Source: Rhodoplanes serenus (GTDB lineage: Bacteria > Pseudomonadota > Alphaproteobacteria > Rhizobiales > Xanthobacteraceae). Taken from it: a stretch of DNA of 64,000 nucleotides. Both the position numbers and the translations under genes were made by a program. Of this stretch, positions 10,234-17,588 are shown one piece after another. Under the pieces are notes generated by a model. That model made no database searches. It was not told the origin of the DNA and saw only the letters and a list, made by a program, of their open reading frames with translations. The stretch is from positions 196-64,195 of the forward strand of contig CAMDDZ010000025.1 of NCBI GenBank assembly GCA_945893145.1, read 5' to 3'. How positions within the stretch are numbered: the first letter of the stretch is position 1; every line of letters begins with the position of its first letter.

Positions 10234-11178
10234 TTAGAGCATCAACCCGAGAGCGAGCATGATGCTAAAAAGGAATTGCAACTGCACAGTCTGAACAAGA
10301 ATTCGATTGAAGATCGGACCGCGCGGCTCATGGGCAAATCGGTAAATGAGTGCCCCCGCCAATGGCAACGCGATAAATGTCGTCCAGACATGTCCGTGCG
10401 GCAGGGTGCGCGCAATGAGGGGCAGCAACGCGAATGGCAGCAACGTCAACCCAGCGTAAATCCAGATTGTGATACGTGGGCCAGCGACAATCGCAAGAGT
10501 CTTTCGGCCGACACGTGTGTCCACTTGGATATCACGATGGTTGTTGACCAGCAGCACCGCTGCCGTCAGCGATCCCACTGCGGCGCCGGCGACGACGGCA
10601 GCTGACGTCAAATGCCCGGTGCAAAGCAAATACGTCCCACCCACGGCACCCAAGCCAAAGAATGCCACGACGAACAGTTCTGCAAACGGAGTATAGGCAA
10701 TCGGAAAAGGACCGCCGGTATAGCCCCAGCCAGACACAATCGACATGACACCCAGTACCAGAATCGGCCAGCCACCGACGAACGCGAGATAGAGGCCCAT
10801 GATCCCCGCCAGCGCGAAGCAAATAATCGCACTGCGATTGACGACGGCGGCGCTCAACAAGCCAGAGCCGGTGGCTCTCGGTGGTCCTATGCGATCAGGG
10901 CCGTCGCCGCCACGCGTGGAATCGGCTGCGTCATTGTGCAAATTAGTCCCGAGCTGAATTAGCGCGCTAGCGACAATGGCTGCCGCAATCGCCCACCAAT
11001 GAACCTTTTTTTCTGCTGCCCAGGCAACAGCTGCGCCAACCGCCACGGGCGTCATCGAAAGACTGAGCGTGCGCGGACGCGCCGCCGTGATCCAGGACGA
11101 CAGGTTCATAACTACGCTCGTCGGCCGATCTACAAACCTTGGCACCGCATGGCGCGATTGGGAAGGCGTGACGCTCAT
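10234..11178 (-). CDS. menA: 1,4-dihydroxy-2-naphthoate polyprenyltransferase-like UbiA-superfamily enzyme
   Basis: NLHNDAADSTRGGD and NNHRDIQVDTRVGRKTLA match the MenA motifs NLANDYGDAVKGSD and NNLRDINSD...GK.TL. About 9 TM helices. The start is uncertain (11178 or 11109); the track start at 11376 is unlikely. Confidence 0.75.
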   Translation of the reverse strand: MSVTPSQSRHAVPRFVDRPTSVVMNLSSWITAARPRTLSLSMTPVAVGAAVAWAAEKKVHWWAIAAAIVASALIQLGTNLHNDAADSTRGGDGPDRIGPPRATGSGLLSAAVVNRSAIICFALAGIMGLYLAFVGGWPILVLGVMSIVSGWGYTGGPFPIAYTPFAELFVVAFFGLGAVGGTYLLCTGHLTSAAVVAGAAVGSLTAAVLLVNNHRDIQVDTRVGRKTLAIVAGPRITIWIYAGLTLLPFALLPLIARTLPHGHVWTTFIALPLAGALIYRFAHEPRGPIFNRILVQTVQLQFLFSIMLALGLML

Positions 11179-11332
11179 CAGTACCGCCGTGCAAGCCGGG
11201 GGCATTGGCCCAGGGTTGTAATAGTTCGACAGGCGATTGTGACGGGCGACGCAGTTGCCCGGCTGCGGGCTTGCCTTACCCGGGCGATTTGAGGAAACGG
11301 ATGCGATCGTTGCGGGTGCTAATTTGGGCAAG

Positions 11333-11348
11333 TGTTCAATATTGAACA
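11333..11348. promoter_or_regulatory. perfect 16-bp palindrome TGTTCAATATTGAACA in the divergent menA / cytochrome-operon control region
   Basis: Read directly. It lies about 155 bp upstream of the likely menA start and about 185 bp upstream of the 11532 ATG. Confidence 0.5.
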
Positions 11349-11531
11349 GACAGCTTGCGGCCTGTGAACGCATCATTCGTAAATGCGGTCCGGTCGCTGG
11401 ACTACAGGATTGTTAAACGCGTCTATACCGCGCTGTTCCCCTCTACCTCAGGCGCGGCGGGTGCGTCGCTCCAAATCGGCCGCGCGATCCGGCCGTCGTC
11501 TGTTAGACGTTACAGCGGGTGAGGTGCCGCG

Positions 11532-12110
11532 ATGCAACTGAACCGCTGGAAATTCATTCTTGTATTGCTTGCAGCCGGTGGCGCGGCGGGCGCCGCAGCG
11601 GTCATTACCACCGTTGAGGTCAATCGCCACACCTCGACTGAGGTCTTCTGCACCTCTTGTCACAGCATGGCCAACTTGGCGAACGATCCGCATTACTTGC
11701 GGTCGGCACATCGTAGCAATCCGCAGGGCGTCAGGCCGAGTTGCGGCGACTGCCACATTCCCAAATCGAACTGGTTTGTCGAGACATACGTGCATGTCAG
11801 TTCGGGGGCACGTGACGTCATCGCCGAGTTTACGAACAGTTTCGACGATCCGAAGATTTGGGAGGCGCGACGCGTCGCGCTCGCACATGAGGTGCGCGAC
11901 CTCATGCGCCGCCAGGACAGCGTGACCTGTCGAAGCTGTCACGCCGCCGCCGACATTCGCCCTGCGAGCGAACGCGGGCAAGCGGCCCATGCGCTGCTGC
12001 GCGAGAGCCGTATGACCTGCATCGATTGCCATTTCAATCTCGTTCATGCCCCGGTGCCGCCGACGGCAGAATTCATTCGCGGCTCGCGGCTCGGCGCAGA
12101 GACCAAGTGA
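11532..12110 (+). CDS. NapC/NirT/NrfH-family membrane-anchored tetrahaem cytochrome c (quinol dehydrogenase type)
   Basis: N-terminal TM anchor plus four CXXCH motifs (CTSCH, CGDCH, CRSCH, CIDCH) in 192 aa. Confidence 0.85.
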   Translation: MQLNRWKFILVLLAAGGAAGAAAVITTVEVNRHTSTEVFCTSCHSMANLANDPHYLRSAHRSNPQGVRPSCGDCHIPKSNWFVETYVHVSSGARDVIAEFTNSFDDPKIWEARRVALAHEVRDLMRRQDSVTCRSCHAAADIRPASERGQAAHALLRESRMTCIDCHFNLVHAPVPPTAEFIRGSRLGAETK

Positions 12111-12129
12111 TCGAATCGGGGAGGATGCA

Positions 12130-13287
12130 ATGAGCTTTCAAAGCACGATACTTAAGCTCCTCGCGGCATCCATTTTATGTGGCGGCATCACGGCCGGAGC
12201 TGCTCTGCTGGTGAGTGCGCCGCATGCGCAAGACGCCGCGCCGTCAGCTGTGTCGCCCCCAGGCATGCTGTCAACTGTCGAGGTCCCGTTCTATGCCGAA
12301 TGGATAGGCTCGCCGCATGCGAGGCGGGCTGCGGAGCCATTCAATCACTGGAACAAGGAAGGTGCCATTCCGGTGGGGTGCGCACGATGCCACTCCACTC
12401 CAGGCTTCCTCGACTATCTGGGTGCTGACGGCACTGTCCCTGGCGTGGTCGACCACCCGGCGCCGGTCGGAACCGTTATCACCTGCGTTGCGTGCCACAA
12501 CACCAAAGCTCGTGCGCTGACGAGCGTGACGTTTCCGTCCGGCCTGACGGTCCAAAATCAGGGCGCCGATGCACGCTGCATGGCCTGCCATCAGGGCGTG
12601 GAATCGACCAGCAATGTCAACAAAGCGATCGCCAACCTTGACGACGATAAGGTCGAACCCAAGCTTCAGTTCATCAATGTGCATTACGCCGCGGCCGGCG
12701 CCATGTTGTTCGGAACCATGGCGCGGGTCGGCTATGAATACCCCGGCAAGATTTACATCGGCCGGTTCCAGCACCGCGAGCCTTATAACCGCTGCACCGC
12801 TTGTCACGAGACGCATACCACGGCGATCAAATTCAACGACTGCGCCGCTTGCCACAGGGAGGTGGTTGACAAGACCTCACTGCACAAAATCCGAGTGAGC
12901 AGGGATGATCGTGACGGCAATAACGACATCAGCGAAGGTGTGGCGCAGGAGATCGATCATCTGCGCGAGCGTCTGCTTGCCGCGATTACGGCCTACGCCA
13001 AGACAGTAGCAGGCAAACCGATCGTCTATGAGATCGATGCCTATCCATATTTCTTTGTCGACACCAATGCCAACGGTGTAGCCGACAAGGACGAGGCTCG
13101 ATTCCCGAACCGCTACAACGCGTGGACGCCGCGGCTGCTCAAGGCAGCCTACAACTATCAATTCATCACCAAGGATCGCGGAGCGTTCGCGCATAACCCG
13201 ACATATGCGGTCGAGCTGCTTTACGACTCCATCAATGATCTCGGCGCAAAGGTGAGCGTTGATCTCGTCAAAGCTAAACGTCCGTGA
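12130..13287 (+). CDS. periplasmic pentahaem c-type cytochrome with helical C-terminal domain, family unassigned
   Basis: Signal peptide. Five CXXCH motifs (CARCH, CVACH, CMACH, CTACH, CAACH) at about residues 84, 119, 150, 222 and 238. GGGGAGGA RBS before the ATG at 12130, 19 nt after the previous gene. Confidence 0.8.
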   Translation: MSFQSTILKLLAASILCGGITAGAALLVSAPHAQDAAPSAVSPPGMLSTVEVPFYAEWIGSPHARRAAEPFNHWNKEGAIPVGCARCHSTPGFLDYLGADGTVPGVVDHPAPVGTVITCVACHNTKARALTSVTFPSGLTVQNQGADARCMACHQGVESTSNVNKAIANLDDDKVEPKLQFINVHYAAAGAMLFGTMARVGYEYPGKIYIGRFQHREPYNRCTACHETHTTAIKFNDCAACHREVVDKTSLHKIRVSRDDRDGNNDISEGVAQEIDHLRERLLAAITAYAKTVAGKPIVYEIDAYPYFFVDTNANGVADKDEARFPNRYNAWTPRLLKAAYNYQFITKDRGAFAHNPTYAVELLYDSINDLGAKVSVDLVKAKRP

Positions 13288-13310
13288 CGATTTGCAGGCT
13301 GGAGATCAAG

Positions 13311-14333
13311 ATGACAAAGCGTTTCGCTGGTTTGGCTGCCGTATTCGGCATGATCGCGCTTGTAGCCACCATCTCGCTTGTATCTCCGGGAGGAGCGCAG
13401 CAAAAGCAACCGGACTCGGTCAACCCGTCCGGGAGCGTTCAGACCGAACAGCAGCTTCTCGATGAGTTGCGGAAGATTCAGGGCCGCGGCACGATCCCGG
13501 ACGTGAAATCCTACGTTCTTGAGCAGCCGGCTGGCCGCGAGTGGCGCATCTTTCACCAAATCTACCTGCATTGGATTGGTGGGATCGCAATCGTCGGAAT
13601 ATTTGTCTTGCTCGCCGTCTTTTACCTCTGGCGAGGCACCTTGCGTTTCGGCGCGCGAGCGGGCCGCACGATGCTGCGCTTTAACGCCTTTGAACGCTTC
13701 GTCCACTGGATGACGGCGGTTTGCTTTATTGTGCTGTCTTTATCTGGCCTGAACATTACGTTCGGCCGGCAACTGCTGCTGCCGCTGATCGGACCGGACG
13801 CTTTCAGCGCATGGTCAATGGCCGCGAAATACGCGCACAACTATCTCAGCTTCCCGTTCACGATCGGCGTGGTGTTGATGTTCTTGATATGGATCGCCAG
13901 CAACCTGCCGACGCGCGTTGACATTGAGTGGCTCAAGCGCGGCGGCGGGATGTTGGGCGGCGAAGAACCGCCTGCCTACAAGTTCAACGCCGGGGAAAAG
14001 CTAATCTTTTGGATCGTCGTGATTGGGGGCGGACTGTCGGCTGCGACTGGTTATTTCTTGCTCTTTCCGTTCTACTTGGCTGAAATTGCCGGGATGCAAG
14101 TGGCCCAGGTCGTTCACAGCGTAGTCGGTGTGCTCTACATCGCGGCGATGCTTGTCCATATCTATATGGGCACGCTTGGAATGGAAGGCGCCTTCGAGGG
14201 CATGGCGAACGGCGAAGTCGATATCAACTGGGCCAAGTCTCACCACTCGCTGTGGTATGATGAAGTAACGGGGATGACGGGCCAAGATAGCGCCCGCATG
14301 CGAACCAGCTCCACAGCGATCAAAACGGAATAG
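13311..14333 (+). CDS. FdnI/FdoI-like (formate dehydrogenase gamma-type) dihaem cytochrome b with N-terminal signal/periplasmic extension
   Basis: Blocks FERFVHWMTA, AKYAHNYLSFP and VVHSVVGVLYIAAMLVHIYMG supply four TM histidines. C-terminal GEVDINWAKSHHSLWYDE. GGAGA RBS before the ATG at 13311. Confidence 0.8.
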   Translation: MTKRFAGLAAVFGMIALVATISLVSPGGAQQKQPDSVNPSGSVQTEQQLLDELRKIQGRGTIPDVKSYVLEQPAGREWRIFHQIYLHWIGGIAIVGIFVLLAVFYLWRGTLRFGARAGRTMLRFNAFERFVHWMTAVCFIVLSLSGLNITFGRQLLLPLIGPDAFSAWSMAAKYAHNYLSFPFTIGVVLMFLIWIASNLPTRVDIEWLKRGGGMLGGEEPPAYKFNAGEKLIFWIVVIGGGLSAATGYFLLFPFYLAEIAGMQVAQVVHSVVGVLYIAAMLVHIYMGTLGMEGAFEGMANGEVDINWAKSHHSLWYDEVTGMTGQDSARMRTSSTAIKTE

Positions 14334-14420
14334 CCGGACACGAACGCGGGCAAGCGGCTCGTTGAGCGTGGTCGCCAGCTATTGCGTACAGGCGGCGGGT
14401 TGAAATGTGATCGCCGCGTC

Positions 14421-14480
14421 ATCCAAAAAAGGGCAGCGCGGCAAGCGGGAGCGCGCAGCACCTTGCCGCTCCCGCCCCTA
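14421..14480 (-). terminator. GC-rich hairpin followed by T6 on the minus strand (orphan intrinsic-terminator-like element)
   Basis: Minus strand reads CGGGAGCGGCAAGGTGCTGCGCGCTCCCGCTTGCCGCGCTGCCCTTTTTT. No minus-strand gene lies upstream of it. Confidence 0.35.
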
Positions 14481-14514
14481 GCCCCCACCTTTGTCCGGTT
14501 ACACGGAGGGACGG

Positions 14515-15267
14515 ATGTTCGAAGCGGCCACCAAGGCCTTGGCCCAGATGACCTCGCCGCCGTTCCGGCGGGTGCTGCTGAAATCCATCGGACTTGCGCT
14601 CGTCATGATCGTGCTGATCGCGATCGGCTTGCAGCGCGTGCTGTCGTTCCTCGCCACGACCGGCGGGACCTGGGCCGAGCAGACACTCGGACCGCAGGCG
14701 CACACGCCGGCCGCTGTGCTGGTCTGGGTGCTCGCCATTCTGTCGGGCCTTGGCGTCATCACCGGCGCGCTGTTCCTGATGCCGGCGGTGACGGCCTTCG
14801 TCGGCAGCTTCTTCGTCGATGAGATCGCGGCCGAGGTCGAGCGCACGCATTATCCGGCCGATCCGCCCGGCCAGCCGCTCCCGCTCTGGCGTGCGTTGTA
14901 CGAGGGCACCAAGACCGCGCTGCTCGCGATATTGGTCTATCTGTGCGCGCTGCCGTTTTTGCTGCTAGCTGGCTTCGGCCTTGTCATCATGTTCTTCGCC
15001 ACCTCGTACCTGCTCAGCCGCGAATATTTTCTGCTCGCCGCCATGCGGTTCCATCCGCCAGAGCAAGCGAAAGCGCTCCGCTCGGCACACCGCGGCACGA
15101 TTTTCCTGTCCGGCATGCTGATCGGGATTTTCGTATCGATCCCGGGGATCAATCTCGCGACGCCGCTGTTCGCCATGGCGATGATGGTGCACATGCACAA
15201 GCGGATCGCGGGGCGGCGGATCGAGCTGCTGCCGCCGGTGAGAGGGCGAATAGCGAATAGGGAGTAG
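14515..15267 (+). CDS. CysZ/EI24-family (DUF540) membrane protein
   Basis: Multi-TM protein with a CysZ-like layout. GGAGGG RBS before the ATG at 14515. Confidence 0.6.
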   Translation: MFEAATKALAQMTSPPFRRVLLKSIGLALVMIVLIAIGLQRVLSFLATTGGTWAEQTLGPQAHTPAAVLVWVLAILSGLGVITGALFLMPAVTAFVGSFFVDEIAAEVERTHYPADPPGQPLPLWRALYEGTKTALLAILVYLCALPFLLLAGFGLVIMFFATSYLLSREYFLLAAMRFHPPEQAKALRSAHRGTIFLSGMLIGIFVSIPGINLATPLFAMAMMVHMHKRIAGRRIELLPPVRGRIANRE

Positions 15268-15320
15268 CGAATAGAGGACTGTCGCTCTTAACCATTCGCT
15301 ATTCGCTACTCACTATTCGC
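15246..15320. repeat. inverted arrays of four tandem heptamers (GCGAATA-type) forming a 21-bp stem across two convergent gene ends
   Basis: Left array GCGAATA GCGAATA GGGAGTA GCGAATA (15246-15273). Right array CATTCGC TATTCGC TACTCAC TATTCGC (15293-15320). Positions 15253-15273 pair with 15300-15320 (20/21). Both stop codons lie inside the arms. Confidence 0.8.
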
Positions 15321-16091
15321 CACTGATTTTCCCGGCCACTTGCAGATGTCGGCGATGATGCACTTCTCGCACAGCGGCTTGCGCGCCAGGCACGTATAAC
15401 GCCCGTGCAGGATCAGCCAGTGGTGGGCGTGCAGCATGTATTTTTCTGGAATGACCTCCAGGAGCTTCAACTCGACCGCGAGCGGATCCTTGCCCGGCGC
15501 GAGGCCGGTGCGGTTGCCGATGCGGAAAATGTGAGTATCGACCGCCATGGTGGGCTGGCCGAACGCCATGTTGAGCACGACGTTCGCGGTCTTTCGCCCG
15601 ACCCCGGGCAACTCCTGCAACGCCTCGCGGGTGTTGGGCACCTGGCTGCCGTGCTCAGCGATCAGCTTCTCTGACAGCGCCACCACGTTCTTCGCCTTCA
15701 TGCGAAAAAGCCCGATGGTCTTGATCAGGTCACGCACGCGCGCCTCGCCGAGCGCCGCCATCTTTTCGGGCGTGTCGGCAAGTTTGAACAGCGCGGGGGT
15801 CGCCTTGTTGACGCCGGCGTCGGTGGCCTGCGCCGATAGCACGACCGCGACAACCAGCGTGAACGGGTTGATGTGGTGAAGCTCGCCCTTGGGCTCCGGC
15901 ATGGCGGCCTGGAAGCGGCGGAAGGCTTCCTCGACCTCGGCTTTGGACCAGGGCGGCGTGTCGCCGTGCAACGCCTTCTGATCGGCCTTGGCTTGCGCCT
16001 TCGGCGGCTTCTTCCTGGCCGCCTTGCCCTTGCGCGCTTTGGTCAGCGCTTTGGCAATCCGGGCCTTCCGCTTCGTCGTTTTTGTCGCCAT
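15306..16091 (-). CDS. nth: endonuclease III with Lys/Ala-rich N-terminal extension
   Basis: HhH-GPD core and a C-terminal 4Fe-4S Cys cluster (C..C..C...C region CLARKPLCEKCIIADIC). N-terminal MATKTTKRKARIAKALTKARKGKAARKKPPKAQAKA. Confidence 0.9.
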   Translation of the reverse strand: MATKTTKRKARIAKALTKARKGKAARKKPPKAQAKADQKALHGDTPPWSKAEVEEAFRRFQAAMPEPKGELHHINPFTLVVAVVLSAQATDAGVNKATPALFKLADTPEKMAALGEARVRDLIKTIGLFRMKAKNVVALSEKLIAEHGSQVPNTREALQELPGVGRKTANVVLNMAFGQPTMAVDTHIFRIGNRTGLAPGKDPLAVELKLLEVIPEKYMLHAHHWLILHGRYTCLARKPLCEKCIIADICKWPGKSVANSE

Positions 16092-16115
16092 CTTTCCCTT
16101 ATAACGAGTGTCATC

Positions 16116-16622
16116 ATGCCCGACATCGAGACCGGCCGCGAGCCCACGCTATTCTCGGCGATCATCACGCCGCACCGCTCGCTGTCGAGCCGAGGCTTCC
16201 TGCTGGTGATGCTTCTGGTTGGCGGCTCAAGCTTCGCCGCGGGCCTGGTGTTCTATCTGATCGGCGCCTGGCCGGTGGTGGGCTTCCTCGGCCTCGACGT
16301 GCTGCTGGTGTACTGGGCGTTCCGCGCCAACTACCGCGCCGCTGCGGCGTTCGAGGAGGTGACGGTGACGGCCTCCGAACTGCGGCTGCGCAAGGTCAGC
16401 CACCGCGGCCAGACCGCGGAATGGACGCTCAATCCGGTGTGGACCACGCTCGACCGTGAGACACACGAAGACTTTGGCCTGCTCCAGCTTTACTTGGTGT
16501 CGCGCGGCAAACGCGTGCCGGTCGCGGCTTTTTTGGCGCCCAAGGAACGCGAGAGTTTTGCTACCGCGCTGTCGGCGGCACTCGGCGAGGCGAAGCGCGG
16601 GCCGACGCGCACGCTGCATTGA
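16116..16622 (+). CDS. DUF2244 family integral membrane protein
   Basis: Two TM helices followed by a conserved soluble part (TASELRLRKVSHRGQ...WTLNPVW). Start taken at the ATG at 16116. Confidence 0.65.
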   Translation: MPDIETGREPTLFSAIITPHRSLSSRGFLLVMLLVGGSSFAAGLVFYLIGAWPVVGFLGLDVLLVYWAFRANYRAAAAFEEVTVTASELRLRKVSHRGQTAEWTLNPVWTTLDRETHEDFGLLQLYLVSRGKRVPVAAFLAPKERESFATALSAALGEAKRGPTRTLH

Positions 16623-16673
16623 GGCTAAAACCGAGTCAGAAATCGGGTGGGCGCGCTGCCCTTTGCGGCCTAG

Positions 16674-17582
16674 ATGGAGAGCATGATGAAGGAGACCACC
16701 ATGCTTTCGCCCGACCGTTTTTCCGATCTCGCTCCGCTGTCCACCGCCGCCGCGGATTACGACGTCGTCCGCCGCGCCATCGCCCACATCCGCGGCAACT
16801 GGCGCACCCAGCCGGAGATCGAGCAGATCGCCGAAGCCGCCGGTGTCACCCCGGCTGAGCTGCATCACCTGTTCCGCCGCTGGGCCGGGCTGACGCCCAA
16901 GGCCTTCCTGCAAGCGCTCACGCTCGACAGCGCGCGCAATCTGTTGCGCGATTCCGCGAGCGTGCTCGATGCCTCCTATGAGGTCGGCCTGTCCGGCCCC
17001 GGCCGGCTGCATGACCTGTTCGTGACGCATGAGGCGATGTCGCCGGGCGAATGGAAGTCCGGCGGCGAAGGACTGACGATCTACTACGGCTTCCATCCCG
17101 CGGTGTTCGGCACCGCATTGGTCATGGCAAGCGATCGCGGCCTGTGCGGCCTCGCCTTCGCCGACGCCGGCAAGGAGAAGCCCGCGCTGGCCGACATGCG
17201 CCGCCGCTGGCCCAAGGCGAAATACGTCGAGGACAGCGCCCGCACCGCGCCACTCTGTGCGCGCATCTTCGACAAGAAGCTGTGGCGTCCCGACCGTCCG
17301 CTGCGCGTGGTGCTGATCGGCACCGACTTCGAGGTGCGGGTGTGGGAGACGCTGATGCGCATCCCGATGGGCCGCGCCACAACCTATTCCGACATCGCCG
17401 GCAACATCGGTTCGCCGAAGGCCGCGCGCGCGGTCGGCGCCGCGGTCGGCAAAAACCCGATCAGCTTTGTGGTGCCGTGCCACCGCGTGATCGGAAAATC
17501 CGGCGAGCTCACTGGCTACCACTGGGGCATCACGCGCAAGCGCGCCATGCTCGGCTGGGAAGCGGGAACGATCGCGGCGTAG
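16674..17582 (+). CDS. AraC-type HTH fused to methylated-DNA--protein-cysteine methyltransferase (Ada/Ogt-like)
   Basis: HTH_AraC-like N-terminal half. C-terminal MGMT domain with the PCHRV active-site motif (VVPCHRVIG). Confidence 0.85.
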   Translation: MESMMKETTMLSPDRFSDLAPLSTAAADYDVVRRAIAHIRGNWRTQPEIEQIAEAAGVTPAELHHLFRRWAGLTPKAFLQALTLDSARNLLRDSASVLDASYEVGLSGPGRLHDLFVTHEAMSPGEWKSGGEGLTIYYGFHPAVFGTALVMASDRGLCGLAFADAGKEKPALADMRRRWPKAKYVEDSARTAPLCARIFDKKLWRPDRPLRVVLIGTDFEVRVWETLMRIPMGRATTYSDIAGNIGSPKAARAVGAAVGKNPISFVVPCHRVIGKSGELTGYHWGITRKRAMLGWEAGTIAA

Positions 17583-17588
17583 CTATAA

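Larger units (their letters stand above)
8621..14490. other. compositionally atypical (lower-GC) segment, candidate genomic island without mobility genes
   Basis: Visible drop in GC and in G/C-ending codons relative to both flanks. AT-rich spacers at 8621-9000 and 11280-11450. Confidence 0.6.

Noticed and set aside
10234-11376. The 380-aa version of menA starting at 11376
   Set aside because: The extra N-terminal 66-89 residues have no MenA counterpart. They would also cover the AT-rich palindrome at 11333-11348, so an internal ATG (11178 or 11109) is more plausible.
12130-13287. Calling the pentahaem protein NrfA (cytochrome c nitrite reductase)
   Set aside because: It has no CXXCK active-site motif and is about 100 aa shorter than NrfA. 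Haem spacing is only partly similar. I left it as an unassigned multihaem cytochrome.
15246-15320. The heptamer repeats as a CRISPR or other array
   Set aside because: The units are 7 bp and contiguous without spacers, and only four occur per side in inverted orientation. This is a palindromic terminator/REP-like structure.
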